NCBI GenBank assembly: GCA_934573855.1
Contig: CAKTMF010000009.1
Location: 12,762 to 76,761 of the forward strand
Direction of reading: 5' to 3'
Length of the DNA: 64,000 nucleotides
Origin: an uncultured Oscillospiraceae bacterium
GTDB lineage: Bacteria > Bacillota > Clostridia > Oscillospirales > Oscillospiraceae
Under the pieces are notes generated by a model. It had not been told where the DNA came from and searched no databases. It saw only the letters and a list, made by a program, of their open reading frames with translations. The position numbers and the translations under genes were made by a program. Numbering within the stretch: the stretch's first letter is position 1; each line of letters begins with the position of its first letter. This document shows, piece after piece, positions 9,697 through 19,800 of this stretch.

Positions 9697-10521
9697 TCAA
9701 ACTATTCCGTCAAAGCCGTCGCCCGCGGCGGAGGCGGACACGGCCACAAGCACCTCCCTCTCGAGCCCTCCGTCGATGGTCAGCTCCTCCGGGCGGAATA
9801 CCGGCAGCAGCCCCCGCACGCCGACGGCGGAAAAGGGGATGAGACGGAATTTTCCCCGCAGCTCCGGCACGCTGTCGAGCGCTTCGAGCTGCGCCACAGG
9901 GTCGGGAAGGGCGAACAGCTCTGCGTTCGTGCCGAGTATCGGGCGCAGCGCGTGGGGCGTGACTATCATCACGGCGGCGCCGGTCATTGGGTCGGAAAGC
10001 TCGTTGCCGTTATCAAGAAGCGCCATGAAGCGGCTCTCTCCGCCGAGAAAGCGCAGCACCACCTGTACTCTCGGCTTATCCGGCAGCACGGCGCGTGCGC
10101 GGAAAAGAAGCTCTGCCCCCGCGTAGCACAGGGCGAACGCCACCGCCAGCGCCCGCAGGGAAAAGGGCATATAGGCCCGCCCGTCCCATGAAATGCCGCT
10201 CGCCATGGAAATCGCCCACACAGCGCCTCCGAAGGCCGCCGACACCGCGAGAAATACCGCCGTGCACCTTACTCGCCGCCGCTCGCTCCCGTAGGCGATG
10301 ACCCCCATGAGTGTCGCGCAGCTCAGCTTGCCCCAGCGTCCAGCCAGAAAGCCGAGTCCCGGCAGGAACACCGCCGCCGAGTATATCGCCCCGACGAGCG
10401 CCGCCGCAACATAGCGCGGCCTCTTGAGCCACAGCCCGCATATCCGCGCCGATACAAGGCACAGAAGGTAGTCGATGATAAAATTCAGGACAAAGAGACT
10501 GTCTATGTAGATAACTTCCAT
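9697..10521 (-). CDS. spoIIGA: sigma-E processing peptidase SpoIIGA
   Basis: The start MEVIYIDSLFVLNFIIDYLL matches the SpoIIGA N-terminus. The polytopic N-terminal half plus a C-terminal aspartic-protease-like domain are present, and it lies immediately upstream of sigE. The ORF is open further upstream (to 10773) and has no SD, so the start is uncertain. Confidence 0.75.
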   Translation of the reverse strand: MEVIYIDSLFVLNFIIDYLLCLVSARICGLWLKRPRYVAAALVGAIYSAAVFLPGLGFLAGRWGKLSCATLMGVIAYGSERRRVRCTAVFLAVSAAFGGAVWAISMASGISWDGRAYMPFSLRALAVAFALCYAGAELLFRARAVLPDKPRVQVVLRFLGGESRFMALLDNGNELSDPMTGAAVMIVTPHALRPILGTNAELFALPDPVAQLEALDSVPELRGKFRLIPFSAVGVRGLLPVFRPEELTIDGGLEREVLVAVSASAAGDGFDGIV

Positions 10522-10527
10522 AGAGAA

Positions 10528-10574
10528 AGTATAAGTCCGCGCCACTGCACATTTTGTCATTTGGTAATTGTCAA
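10528..10574 (-). promoter_or_regulatory. candidate Spo0A-type spoIIG promoter. On the minus strand: TTGACA, 12 bp, ATGACA, 21 bp, TATACT, 6 nt, ATG
   Basis: The -35-like and -10-like hexamers are about 21 bp apart, as in the B. subtilis spoIIG promoter, and a second TTGACA lies upstream. The ATG follows the -10 with no SD. Confidence 0.3.
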
Positions 10575-10596
10575 AAGGAAGATGTTGTGGTAAAAT
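10568..10596 (+). promoter_or_regulatory. sigma-A promoter ttgtca-17-taaaat for the EamA transporter gene. Its -35 is palindromic with the divergent TTGACA of the spoIIGA promoter
   Basis: Hexamers seen directly. The divergent arrangement shares the ttgtcaa/ttgacaa sequence. Confidence 0.5.
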
Positions 10597-10632
10597 CAAA
10601 TAAGTTATGATTTGATAGGGAGTATATCTGCA

Positions 10633-11544
10633 ATGTGGTTTTGGTTCTCTTTGGCGGCTCTGTTTTGCTGGAGCGGCTCTGACCTTTTCTCCAAGATAGG
10701 CTGTCAGGACGAAAAGGATAAGTACAGTCATCTGAAGATGGTGTCCGCCGTCGGTATCGTGATGGGCCTGCACGCGCTCTATCAGATAATTTTCGGCGGC
10801 GTGGAGATCAGCCTTTCAATAATCCTCACCTACCTCCCCGTGTCGCTGCTGTACATCTCGTCGATGGCGCTGGGCTATTTGGGGCTGAGATATATCGAGC
10901 TTTCGATATCGTCCCCCATATGCAACAGCTCCGGAGCCGTCGTGGCGGTGCTCACCATCGCGACGGTGGGGCTGAGCGCGGATGTGCCTCCCGCGGCACT
11001 CGCCGCGGTGGCGCTGGTGTGTATCGGCGTCATCTCCCTCGGCATTACCGAGGCGAACGAGGACGAGGAGCTTCGCCGCGCCCGTCAGGACGAGTCCAAC
11101 CGCCATTACGCCAAGAGCTGGATCGCGATAGTCATTCCCGTGATCTACTGTCTGCTCGACGCGCTGGGGACATTCGCGGACAACCGCGTGCTGGAGATAC
11201 TTGACGAGGATTCCGCCAACGCCGCCTATGAGCTGACGTTCCTTGCGGTCGGCCTCGTGTGCGCGGTGTATGTCCTTCTGGTGAAAAAGCAGAAGCTCAC
11301 CGCCAAGCAGGAGCTTCCCAAGTACGTCGGCGCACTGTGCGAGACCGTGGGCCAGTTCTTCTACATATACGCCATCGCCGATACTGAGCATGTGGCCTTT
11401 GCCGCGCCCATCATCTCGTCCTACTGCGTGGCCTCGGTGATATGGGGACGCCTCTTCCTCAAGGAAAAGCTCTCAAGGAAGCACTATCTGTCTATCGCCG
11501 TGGTCGTTCTGGGTATAGTTATAATGGGAATACTTGATATTTAA
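10633..11544 (+). CDS. EamA/DMT family transporter
   Basis: 10-TM profile and two EamA-like repeats. Preferred start is the ATG at 10633, 10 nt after gggag. A TTG at 10612 is also possible. Confidence 0.75.
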   Translation: MWFWFSLAALFCWSGSDLFSKIGCQDEKDKYSHLKMVSAVGIVMGLHALYQIIFGGVEISLSIILTYLPVSLLYISSMALGYLGLRYIELSISSPICNSSGAVVAVLTIATVGLSADVPPAALAAVALVCIGVISLGITEANEDEELRRARQDESNRHYAKSWIAIVIPVIYCLLDALGTFADNRVLEILDEDSANAAYELTFLAVGLVCAVYVLLVKKQKLTAKQELPKYVGALCETVGQFFYIYAIADTEHVAFAAPIISSYCVASVIWGRLFLKEKLSRKHYLSIAVVVLGIVIMGILDI

Positions 11545-11555
11545 GGAGAAAGTCA

Positions 11556-12266
11556 ATGGAAGCAGCTTACAGGCGCGTTCTCATAAAGATCAGCGGCGAG
11601 GCTCTTGCCGCCGACAAAAAGACAGGCTATGACTTTGAATTTGTTTCACGAGTCTGCTCGGCCGTGAAGTCCTGCGCCGAGATGGGCGTGCAGGTCGGGA
11701 TCGTCGTCGGCGGGGGCAACTTTTGGCGCGGCGTCAAGGACGGCGCGGGCAAGGTCGAGCGCGTCAGCGCGGACCGCATGGGCATGCTTGCCACCGCGAT
11801 GAACTGTCTTGCCGTGGCGGATGTTTTCAAGCAGCTCGGCGCGGACGCCAAGGTCATGACCGCCGTAGATATCCAGGGCGTGGGCGAGCGCTATGACACC
11901 AAAAAGGCCATCGAGTATCTCGAATGCGGGAAGATCGTCCTCTTCGGCTGCGGTACTGGGCTTCCGTTCTTCTCGACCGACACTGCGGCGGTGCTTCGCG
12001 CGGCGGAGATACATGCCGACGCCATACTCCTTGCGAAGAACATCGACGGCGTATACAGCGACGATCCCCGCAAGGACCCCAACGCCGTGAAGTTCGACTC
12101 CATCAGCTATGACGAGGTCCTCTCCCGCCATCTGGCCGTCATGGACACCACCGCCACGAGCCTTGCCATGGATAACTCCATCCCCGTCGTGGTCTTTGCC
12201 CTCGCGGAGCCGGAGAATATCCTCCGCGTCCTTGCCGGAGAGAAGCTCGGAACTGAAGTAAAATAA
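11556..12266 (+). CDS. pyrH: UMP kinase
   Basis: [10 protein letters not shown]...GGGNFWRG signature, aaggag RBS. Confidence 0.9.
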   Translation: MEAAYRRVLIKISGEALAADKKTGYDFEFVSRVCSAVKSCAEMGVQVGIVVGGGNFWRGVKDGAGKVERVSADRMGMLATAMNCLAVADVFKQLGADAKVMTAVDIQGVGERYDTKKAIEYLECGKIVLFGCGTGLPFFSTDTAAVLRAAEIHADAILLAKNIDGVYSDDPRKDPNAVKFDSISYDEVLSRHLAVMDTTATSLAMDNSIPVVVFALAEPENILRVLAGEKLGTEVK

Positions 12267-12298
12267 AAATTGAAGATAACACTACGGAGGTAAAAAGC

Positions 12299-12850
12299 AT
12301 GTCTGACTACAAAGAATTTGAACACAAAATGAAAAAAACCTGCGAGGCGCTCTCTGCACAGCTCGCGACCATCCGCGCCGGCCGCGCGAACGCGTCCGTG
12401 CTTGACCAGATAACCGTGGACTACTACGGCTCCGCCACGCCTCTCAATCAGGTCGCATCCATCGGCTCTCCCGACCCCCGTTCTCTTCTCATCCAGCCTT
12501 GGGACGCTTCCGTCCTCAAGGGGATAGAAAAGGCCATCCTCGCCTCCGATCTGGGTATAAATCCTCAGAACGACGGCAGAATGATCCGCCTCGTTTTCCC
12601 CCCTCTCACCGAGGAGCGCCGTAAGGATCTCGTAAAGCAGACCAAGAAATACGGCGAAGAGGCGAAGGTCGCCATCCGCAATATCCGCCGCGAAGCGGTC
12701 GACAAGTTCAAGAAGCAGCAGAAGGCCTCCGAGATGACCGAGGACGACTACAAGATCGCCGAGAAGGATATCCAGAAGCTGACCGACGACTTCATCAAGG
12801 AGATCGACAAGATCACCGCGGGCAAAGAGAAGGAACTCACCGAGATATAA
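12299..12850 (+). CDS. frr: ribosome recycling factor
   Basis: Full-length similarity to Frr (183 aa), ggaggt RBS. Confidence 0.9.
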   Translation: MSDYKEFEHKMKKTCEALSAQLATIRAGRANASVLDQITVDYYGSATPLNQVASIGSPDPRSLLIQPWDASVLKGIEKAILASDLGINPQNDGRMIRLVFPPLTEERRKDLVKQTKKYGEEAKVAIRNIRREAVDKFKKQQKASEMTEDDYKIAEKDIQKLTDDFIKEIDKITAGKEKELTEI

Positions 12851-13599
12851 TGAGCGAAACGATAAAAACCAATACGGCGGGGGAGCGGGAGACATCCGGC
12901 CTCCCCCGCCATATTGCCATTATTTTGGATGGCAACGGCCGCTGGGCAAAGAAGCGCGGCCTGCCCCGCACCGCCGGACACGCGGTCGGAGCCGAAAATT
13001 TCAGGAAGATAGCCACATACTGCCGGGATATCGGCGTAGAATATCTTACGGTGTACGCCTTTTCCACCGAAAACTGGAAGCGCCCGCAGGACGAGGTAAA
13101 GACTCTCATGAAGCTGCTGGGCAAGTACCTTCAGGAGGCTATCGACACCATGGAGCGCGACCACATAAAGATGAAGATATTCGGCGATGTCTCCGCGCTC
13201 TCGCCGGAGCTTCGCGCCATGGTGGACAGGACCGACGAGATATCCGCCCGGTACGAGGGCTTTCAGGCGAACATATGCCTCAACTACGGCGGCCGGGACG
13301 AGATCGTCAACGCCGCAAAGCGCTACGCACGCGACTTTGCCGAGGGCAAGGCCGGCGGAGAGCTTACCGAGGAGATGTTCTCCGGCTACCTCTACTCCGC
13401 GGGGGTACCCGATCCCGACCTGCTGATACGTCCGGGCGGAGAGACCCGTATTTCCAACTTCCTGCTGTGGCAGTGCGCGTATTCGGAGTTTTATTTCACG
13501 GATGTGCTGTGGCCGGACTTTGGCTCGAACGAGCTTGACAAGGCCATCGAGGCATACAGGCGCCGCGACCGGCGCTACGGCGGCGTGAAGCAGGAGTAA
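12850..13599 (+). CDS. uppS: isoprenyl transferase (undecaprenyl diphosphate synthase)
   Basis: HIAIILDGNGRWA and cis-prenyltransferase signature. 1-nt overlap with the frr stop. Confidence 0.9.
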   Translation: MSETIKTNTAGERETSGLPRHIAIILDGNGRWAKKRGLPRTAGHAVGAENFRKIATYCRDIGVEYLTVYAFSTENWKRPQDEVKTLMKLLGKYLQEAIDTMERDHIKMKIFGDVSALSPELRAMVDRTDEISARYEGFQANICLNYGGRDEIVNAAKRYARDFAEGKAGGELTEEMFSGYLYSAGVPDPDLLIRPGGETRISNFLLWQCAYSEFYFTDVLWPDFGSNELDKAIEAYRRRDRRYGGVKQE

Positions 13600-13616
13600 C
13601 AGCAAGAGGTGTTTTT

Positions 13617-14765
13617 ATGGTAAATTCCATTTCCGTTTTGGGCTGCACCGGCTCCATCGGCCGCCAGACCCTTGCCGTCGCGGAGCATATAGGCGTCCGC
13701 GTCGCGTCCCTGACCGCCAACAGAAAGATCGACCTGCTCGAGGAGCAGGCGCGGCGCTTCAGACCCGAATTTGTTGCCGTCTTTGACGAGGACGCGGCGC
13801 GCGAGTTCAGGCTCGCCGTCGCGGACACGGATATCCGCGTCGGCTCCGGCATGGAGGGGCTTATCGAGGCCGCGACGCTCGACAGTGCGCAGTGCGTCGT
13901 CACGGCCGTCTCCGGCGCGGTGGGGCTGAGACCCACTCTCGCCGCTATCGACGAGGGTAAGCGTATCGCGCTCGCGAACAAGGAGACCCTTGTCTGCGCC
14001 GGCGAGATAGTCATGGCGAGGGCAAAGGAGAAGGGCGCGGAGATCGTCCCCGTCGATTCGGAGCATTCCGCCATCTTCCAGTGCCTTATGGGCCGGGGTA
14101 AGGAAGAGCTGAGCAAGATACTGCTCACCGGCTCCGGCGGCCCGTTTCGCGGAAAGGCGAGAGCGGAGCTTGAAAACGTCACCCCAGAGGAGGCCGTGCG
14201 CCATCCCAACTGGAGCATGGGCGCGAAAATATCCGTCGACAGCGCGACAATGATGAACAAGGGCCTTGAGTTTATCGAGGCCATGCACCTCTTCGGCGTA
14301 ACGCCGGATGATATTCAGGTCGTTATCCACCCCCAGAGCGTCATACACTCTATGGTAGAGCTTGTTGACGGCACCGTCATCGCCCAGCTCGGCGTACCCG
14401 ACATGGGACTCCCCATTCAGCTCGCGCTCACCTATCCGCGGCGCTGCGAGTCCATGTTCTCACGGCTCGATTTCACGAAGCTCGGTGCGCTCAGCTTTGA
14501 AGCGCCGGACCTTGAGAAAACGCCGTGCCTGAGGCTCGCCATGGAGGCCGCGCGCATGGGCGGCACCGCGCCGTGCGTCATGAGCGCCGCGAACGAGGTG
14601 GCCGTGCATAAATTCCTCCGCCGTGAGCTTGGCTATAACCGCATATACGACTGCGCCGCCGAGGCCGTCGAGCGCGTCGGTGTTGTACTGCACCCGGATC
14701 TTGAAACCATACTGGCGGCCGACGAGGCGGCCAGAGCATTTGTCAGGGAGACAACAGCAATATGA
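13617..14765 (+). CDS. dxr: 1-deoxy-D-xylulose 5-phosphate reductoisomerase
   Basis: VLGCTGSIGRQTL NADPH-binding motif and DXR family length. Confidence 0.9.
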   Translation: MVNSISVLGCTGSIGRQTLAVAEHIGVRVASLTANRKIDLLEEQARRFRPEFVAVFDEDAAREFRLAVADTDIRVGSGMEGLIEAATLDSAQCVVTAVSGAVGLRPTLAAIDEGKRIALANKETLVCAGEIVMARAKEKGAEIVPVDSEHSAIFQCLMGRGKEELSKILLTGSGGPFRGKARAELENVTPEEAVRHPNWSMGAKISVDSATMMNKGLEFIEAMHLFGVTPDDIQVVIHPQSVIHSMVELVDGTVIAQLGVPDMGLPIQLALTYPRRCESMFSRLDFTKLGALSFEAPDLEKTPCLRLAMEAARMGGTAPCVMSAANEVAVHKFLRRELGYNRIYDCAAEAVERVGVVLHPDLETILAADEAARAFVRETTAI

Positions 14766-15820
14766 CCGTTCTTTATATTATCGTTGCAATACTTATATTC
14801 GGCGTACTCATCGCCATCCACGAGTTCGGGCACTTCACCGCGGCGAAGCTCTGCGGCGTGAAGGTCGAGGAATACTCCATCGGCATGGGTCCCGCGCTAT
14901 GGAAAAAGCAGAAGGGGGAGACCCTGTACGCTCTGCGCGCGCTGCCCTTCGGCGGCTACTGCGCCATGACCGGCGAGGACGGGAACTCAGACGACCCGCG
15001 CGCTTTCAACAACCAGAAGTGGTGGAAGAGGCTCATCATCCTCGTGGCCGGATCCTTCATGAACTTTGTGCTGGGCTTTCTGATCGTGGTGATAGTCTTT
15101 GCTGACGCGCAGGCGTTTCGCACGGCCATAATTTCCGGCTTCATGGAGGGCTGCCCCTATGAGAGCGAGGAGGGACTCCACGTCGGCGACAGGATATACA
15201 GCATTGACGGCCACAGGATATACCAGACCGGCGATGTCAGCGACTTTCTCGGTCAGGGCGACGGCGTGTACGACTTCGTCGTTGTCCGCGACGGAAAAAA
15301 GGTGCGGCTGGACGGTTTCGGCTTTGAGCCGCTGGAGTACCCTGGGTACGAGAATAAAATGTACGGCATTTACTTCGGCTATGAGGAGGCGACTGCCGCC
15401 GTGAAGCTCCGCTGCTCGTGGGAGACCACCATGGAGTTTGGCCGCTGGGTATGGATGGGCCTCAAGCAGCTCGTCAGCGGCGGGGTAGAGGTGGCCGATA
15501 TGGCCGGCCCCGTGGGTATAGTCGACCTGATGGCCGAGACCGGCTCGCAGGCAGAGAGCGTGAAGGACGGCATTTCCGACGTGCTGTATATCGGCGCGTT
15601 CATCGCGGTGAACCTCGCCATAATGAATATGCTGCCCATCCCGGCGCTGGACGGCGGACGCGTGTTCGCGCTCATCGTCACCGGGATCATCGAGCTTATC
15701 ATCGGCAAGCGCGTCGATTCCAAGTACGAGGGCTATATCAACGCCGCCGGCATGATACTCCTGCTGGGACTGATGGCGGTCATAATGTTCTTTGATGTTG
15801 TCAGGATAATCAAGAGATGA
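14762..15820 (+). CDS. rseP: RIP metalloprotease RseP (site-2 protease, M50)
   Basis: HEFGH zinc motif in TM1, PDZ region and a C-terminal LDGG motif. 4-nt overlap with dxr. Confidence 0.85.
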   Translation: MTVLYIIVAILIFGVLIAIHEFGHFTAAKLCGVKVEEYSIGMGPALWKKQKGETLYALRALPFGGYCAMTGEDGNSDDPRAFNNQKWWKRLIILVAGSFMNFVLGFLIVVIVFADAQAFRTAIISGFMEGCPYESEEGLHVGDRIYSIDGHRIYQTGDVSDFLGQGDGVYDFVVVRDGKKVRLDGFGFEPLEYPGYENKMYGIYFGYEEATAAVKLRCSWETTMEFGRWVWMGLKQLVSGGVEVADMAGPVGIVDLMAETGSQAESVKDGISDVLYIGAFIAVNLAIMNMLPIPALDGGRVFALIVTGIIELIIGKRVDSKYEGYINAAGMILLLGLMAVIMFFDVVRIIKR

Positions 15821-16875
15821 GAAAACAGACCAAGAAAATATACGTCCGCGGCCTCGGGATAGGCGGCGGCGCGCCGGTCTCCGTCCAGTCGATGTGCAAT
15901 ACCAAGACATGGGACGTTGACTCCACCGTCGAGCAGATAAAGGCAATGCGCGCCGCAGGCTGCGATGTGGTGCGCGTCGCGATACCCGATATGCGCTCGG
16001 CGCAGGCCGTGGATAAGATACGCGAGCGGACGGATATGCCGCTCGTGGCGGATATACACTTTGACTACCGGCTCGCGCTCGCCGTTGCGGAGCGGGGTAT
16101 AGACAAGATACGCATAAACCCCGGCAATATCGGCGGAGAGGAGAACGTAAAGGCCGTTGCCGAAGTTTGCCGCCGCCACAACATCCCCATCCGTATCGGC
16201 GTGAATGCGGGGAGCCTTGAAAAAAGGCTCATCGAAAAATACGGACACCCCTGCCCCGAGGCGATGGTGGAGAGTGCGAGAGGGCATGTGGAGCTTCTCA
16301 ACCGCTATGACTTTGACGACATCTGCCTTTCGCTCAAGGCATCCTCCGTGCCGCTCACCGTGGCGAGCTACCGTCTCGCCTCCGAGTGCTTTGACTACCC
16401 GCTGCACCTCGGCATTACCGAGACCGGCACCGAGTGGAACGGCACCATACAGTCCGCCGTGGGTATCGGCACGCTTTTGAACGAGGGCATAGGCGACACC
16501 ATCCGCGTATCCCTCACCGCAGACCCCGTCAGGGAGGTCAGCGCCGGTATCGCCATACTCAAGGCTGCCGGGGCGCGCAGCGGCGGCGTGAAGTTCGTCT
16601 CCTGCCCCACCTGCGGCAGAACGGAGATAGACCTTATCTCTCTCGCCACCGAGGTGGAGAAGAGAGTGCGCAGCATGCCCCGCGACATAACCGTCGCGGT
16701 CATGGGCTGCGTGGTGAACGGACCCGGCGAGGCAAGGGAAGCCGACTACGGCATTGCCGGCGGGCGCGACAAGGGCATTATTTTCAAAAAGGGCAAGGTC
16801 CTGGGTACATACCCATATGAGCGTCTCTGCGACGCGCTTATTGAACTGATAGAAAAAGACGAGGAGATCGGATGA
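15817..16875 (+). CDS. ispG: 4-hydroxy-3-methylbut-2-enyl diphosphate synthase (flavodoxin)
   Basis: GcpE family with C-terminal CPTCGR...C cluster ligands. ATGA overlap with rseP. Confidence 0.9.
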   Translation: MRKQTKKIYVRGLGIGGGAPVSVQSMCNTKTWDVDSTVEQIKAMRAAGCDVVRVAIPDMRSAQAVDKIRERTDMPLVADIHFDYRLALAVAERGIDKIRINPGNIGGEENVKAVAEVCRRHNIPIRIGVNAGSLEKRLIEKYGHPCPEAMVESARGHVELLNRYDFDDICLSLKASSVPLTVASYRLASECFDYPLHLGITETGTEWNGTIQSAVGIGTLLNEGIGDTIRVSLTADPVREVSAGIAILKAAGARSGGVKFVSCPTCGRTEIDLISLATEVEKRVRSMPRDITVAVMGCVVNGPGEAREADYGIAGGRDKGIIFKKGKVLGTYPYERLCDALIELIEKDEEIG

Positions 16876-19800
16876 GCGAGCATACCCCGTTTCTTACCAT
16901 ATTTCCCGGCTGCGAGGATATGAAAAACGCCTGCGGGGGGCTTGATAACGCCTATGTCACCGACGTGCAGGTGGATACGGGGAATCTGGCGCTGACTGTG
17001 TGCGCGTGGTTTGCGGCCATGCCGTCGCCGGCGGAGATCGCGTCCGTCTCGGAGCGCCTGCGCCGGGATTACCGCCTGAATACCGCGGTCATCATCCCCG
17101 ACCACCCGAGACCGAAGAGCGCACCCGCGCAGGCCGCGGCCCACAAGAGCGCCGCTCCCGGCGGCGCGCCCACCGGGGACGTGCTCTATGGCCGCGCCAT
17201 AAAGCAGCGGCCTGTCGCGATGGAGATCGTGACGCTTGAATCCGGAAAGGTGACTATAGAGGGCGACGTCATCGCCGTCACCAGCCGCACCATTCAAAAG
17301 CGCGGCAGCGCGGTGCTTTGCTTTGACATTACCGACAGGACGAATTCCGTGCGCGTTTCGCGCTTCCTCCGCTCCGAGGACGACCAGTCAGTCATAAACA
17401 GGATAGAGGTCGGCGACCACCTCATCGTTCAGGGCGAGATGATCTACAGCAAATATGACGACGACGTTGTGCTTGACCCCCGGAATATAATGAAGAGCAA
17501 GCGCTTCGTCCGCCCGGACAACGCCCCGGAAAAGCGCGTGGAGCTGCACCTGCATACGCGTTTTTCGGCGCTGGACGCGCTCACCGACCCGGACGCCGTT
17601 GTAAAGCGCGCGGCCTACTGGGGCATGGACTCCATCGCCGTCACCGATCACGGCGTGGCTCAGGCTTTCCCGGACATGTGGAAGGCCGGCAAAAAGCACG
17701 GCGTGAAGATCATTTACGGCCTCGAGGCATATTTCGTCAACGACATGGACGGCAACAGCGCCGTCATCGGCAAGAGCAGGCTCCCGCTCGACACGGAGTT
17801 CGTGGCCTTTGATATCGAGACCACCGGCCTCAACGCCATGAACGACCGCATGACGGAGATCGGCGCTGTCATTTTCTCCGGCGGCGAGGTGAAGAAGGTA
17901 TTCAACACCTTTGTCGACCCCCAGCGCCATATCCCGCCGGACATCACCACTCTTACCGGCATTAAGGACAGCGACGTCAAGGGCGCGCCCCTCGAAAAGG
18001 AAGCCATGGAGAAATTCATGGACTTCATCGGGGACAGGCCGCTCATCGCACATAACGCCCATTTTGACGTGGGCTTCATGCAGGCCGCCGCACAGCGCAG
18101 CGGTATGCGCTTCAACCCCGTGTTTCTTGACACGCTGGCGCTCTCTCAGGCTCTGTGTCCGGAGCTTAAGCGCTTCAAGCTCGACACGGTGTCGAACCAT
18201 CTGGGACTGCCGCAGTTCAACCATCACCGCGCCTCCGACGACGCGATGGTCGTTGTGCGCATTATGGGCAAATTCCTGCCCATGCTCGCGCAGCAGGGCG
18301 CAAAGACCGTGGATGATATCGAGGCGGTCTACCACTCCCTGCGCCGCACGGATGTGGCAAAGTCCTACCATATGATACTTCTGGTGAAGAACCGTACAGG
18401 GCTTAAAAACCTGTACGAGATGATCTCGCAGTCGTATCTCAAGTACTTCCACCGTACCCCCACCATACCCAAAAGCCTCCTTGTCCGCCGGCGCGAGGGC
18501 ATACTTGTCGGTTCGGCCTGCGGCATGGGCGAGCTGTACGGCGCGGTCATGAAGGGCGCGAGCCAGGCGGAGCTTGAGAAAATAGCCTCATTCTACGACT
18601 ATCTTGAGATACAGCCCATATGCAACAATCATTTTCTTATCGACAACGGCACCGTCAGCGGGGAAAACGTGCTTCAGGACTATAACCGCACGATACTTGA
18701 GCTGGGGCGCAGGCTCAATAAGCCCGTCATCGCCGCGAGCGACGTGCATTTTCTCGACGCCGAGGACGAGCAGTACAGAAAGATCCTTTTGGCCGCGAAG
18801 AAATTCTCCGACGCGGACAGGAGCTGCCCCATATTCTTCCGCACGACCGACGAAATGCTTCAGGAGTTCATGTATCTCGGCAAGGAGACGGCGAAGGAGG
18901 TCGTCATCACCAACACCCGCGCCATCGCGGATCAGGTGGAGCCGATCGAGCTATTGCCAAAGGACCTTTTCCCGCCGAAGATCGAAAACTCCGCGGAGCA
19001 GCTGAGAGACCTCGTCTACTCGAAAATGCACCGTATTTACGGAGAAAACCCGCCGGAGATCGTGCAGAGCCGCGTGGATGTCGAGCTCAACACCATCCTC
19101 TCGCACCACTACGACGTTATCTATATGAGCGCTCAGAAGCTGGTGCAGAACTCCCTTGAAAACGGCTATCTCGTCGGCTCGCGAGGCAGTGTCGGCTCGT
19201 CCATCGTCGCCTACATGTCCGGCATTACGGAGGTCAACTCCCTCCCGCCGCACTATGTCTGCCCCAAGTGCTGCCACAGCGAGTTCATCACCGACGGCAG
19301 CTACGGCTGCGGCGCGGACATGCCGGAAAAGGACTGCCCGGAGTGCGGCACGCGCATGCGCCGCGACGGCTTCGACATTCCGTTCGAGACGTTCCTGGGC
19401 TTCCCCGGCAACGAAAAGACCCCGGATATCGACCTTAACTTCTCCGGCGAGTATCAGGCCAAGGCGCACAAATACACCGAGGTCCTCTTTGGCTCCGACC
19501 ACGTTTTCCGCGCCGGCACCATCGGGACCCTCGCGGAAAAGACGGCCTTCGGCTATGTGAAAAAATACCTTGAGGAGCGGGGGATGAAGGCCTCAAAGGC
19601 TGAGGAGAACCGTCTCGCACAGGGCCTCGTGGGCATTAAGCGCACCACGGGCCAGCACCCCGGCGGCCTCGTGGTGATCCCGCAGGACATGGACGTGACG
19701 GACTTCTGCCCGGTGCAGCACCCGGCGGACGACCCGGACAGCGACATCATCACCACACACTTTGAATATCACTGCATGGAGGCGAACCTCCTCAAGCTCG

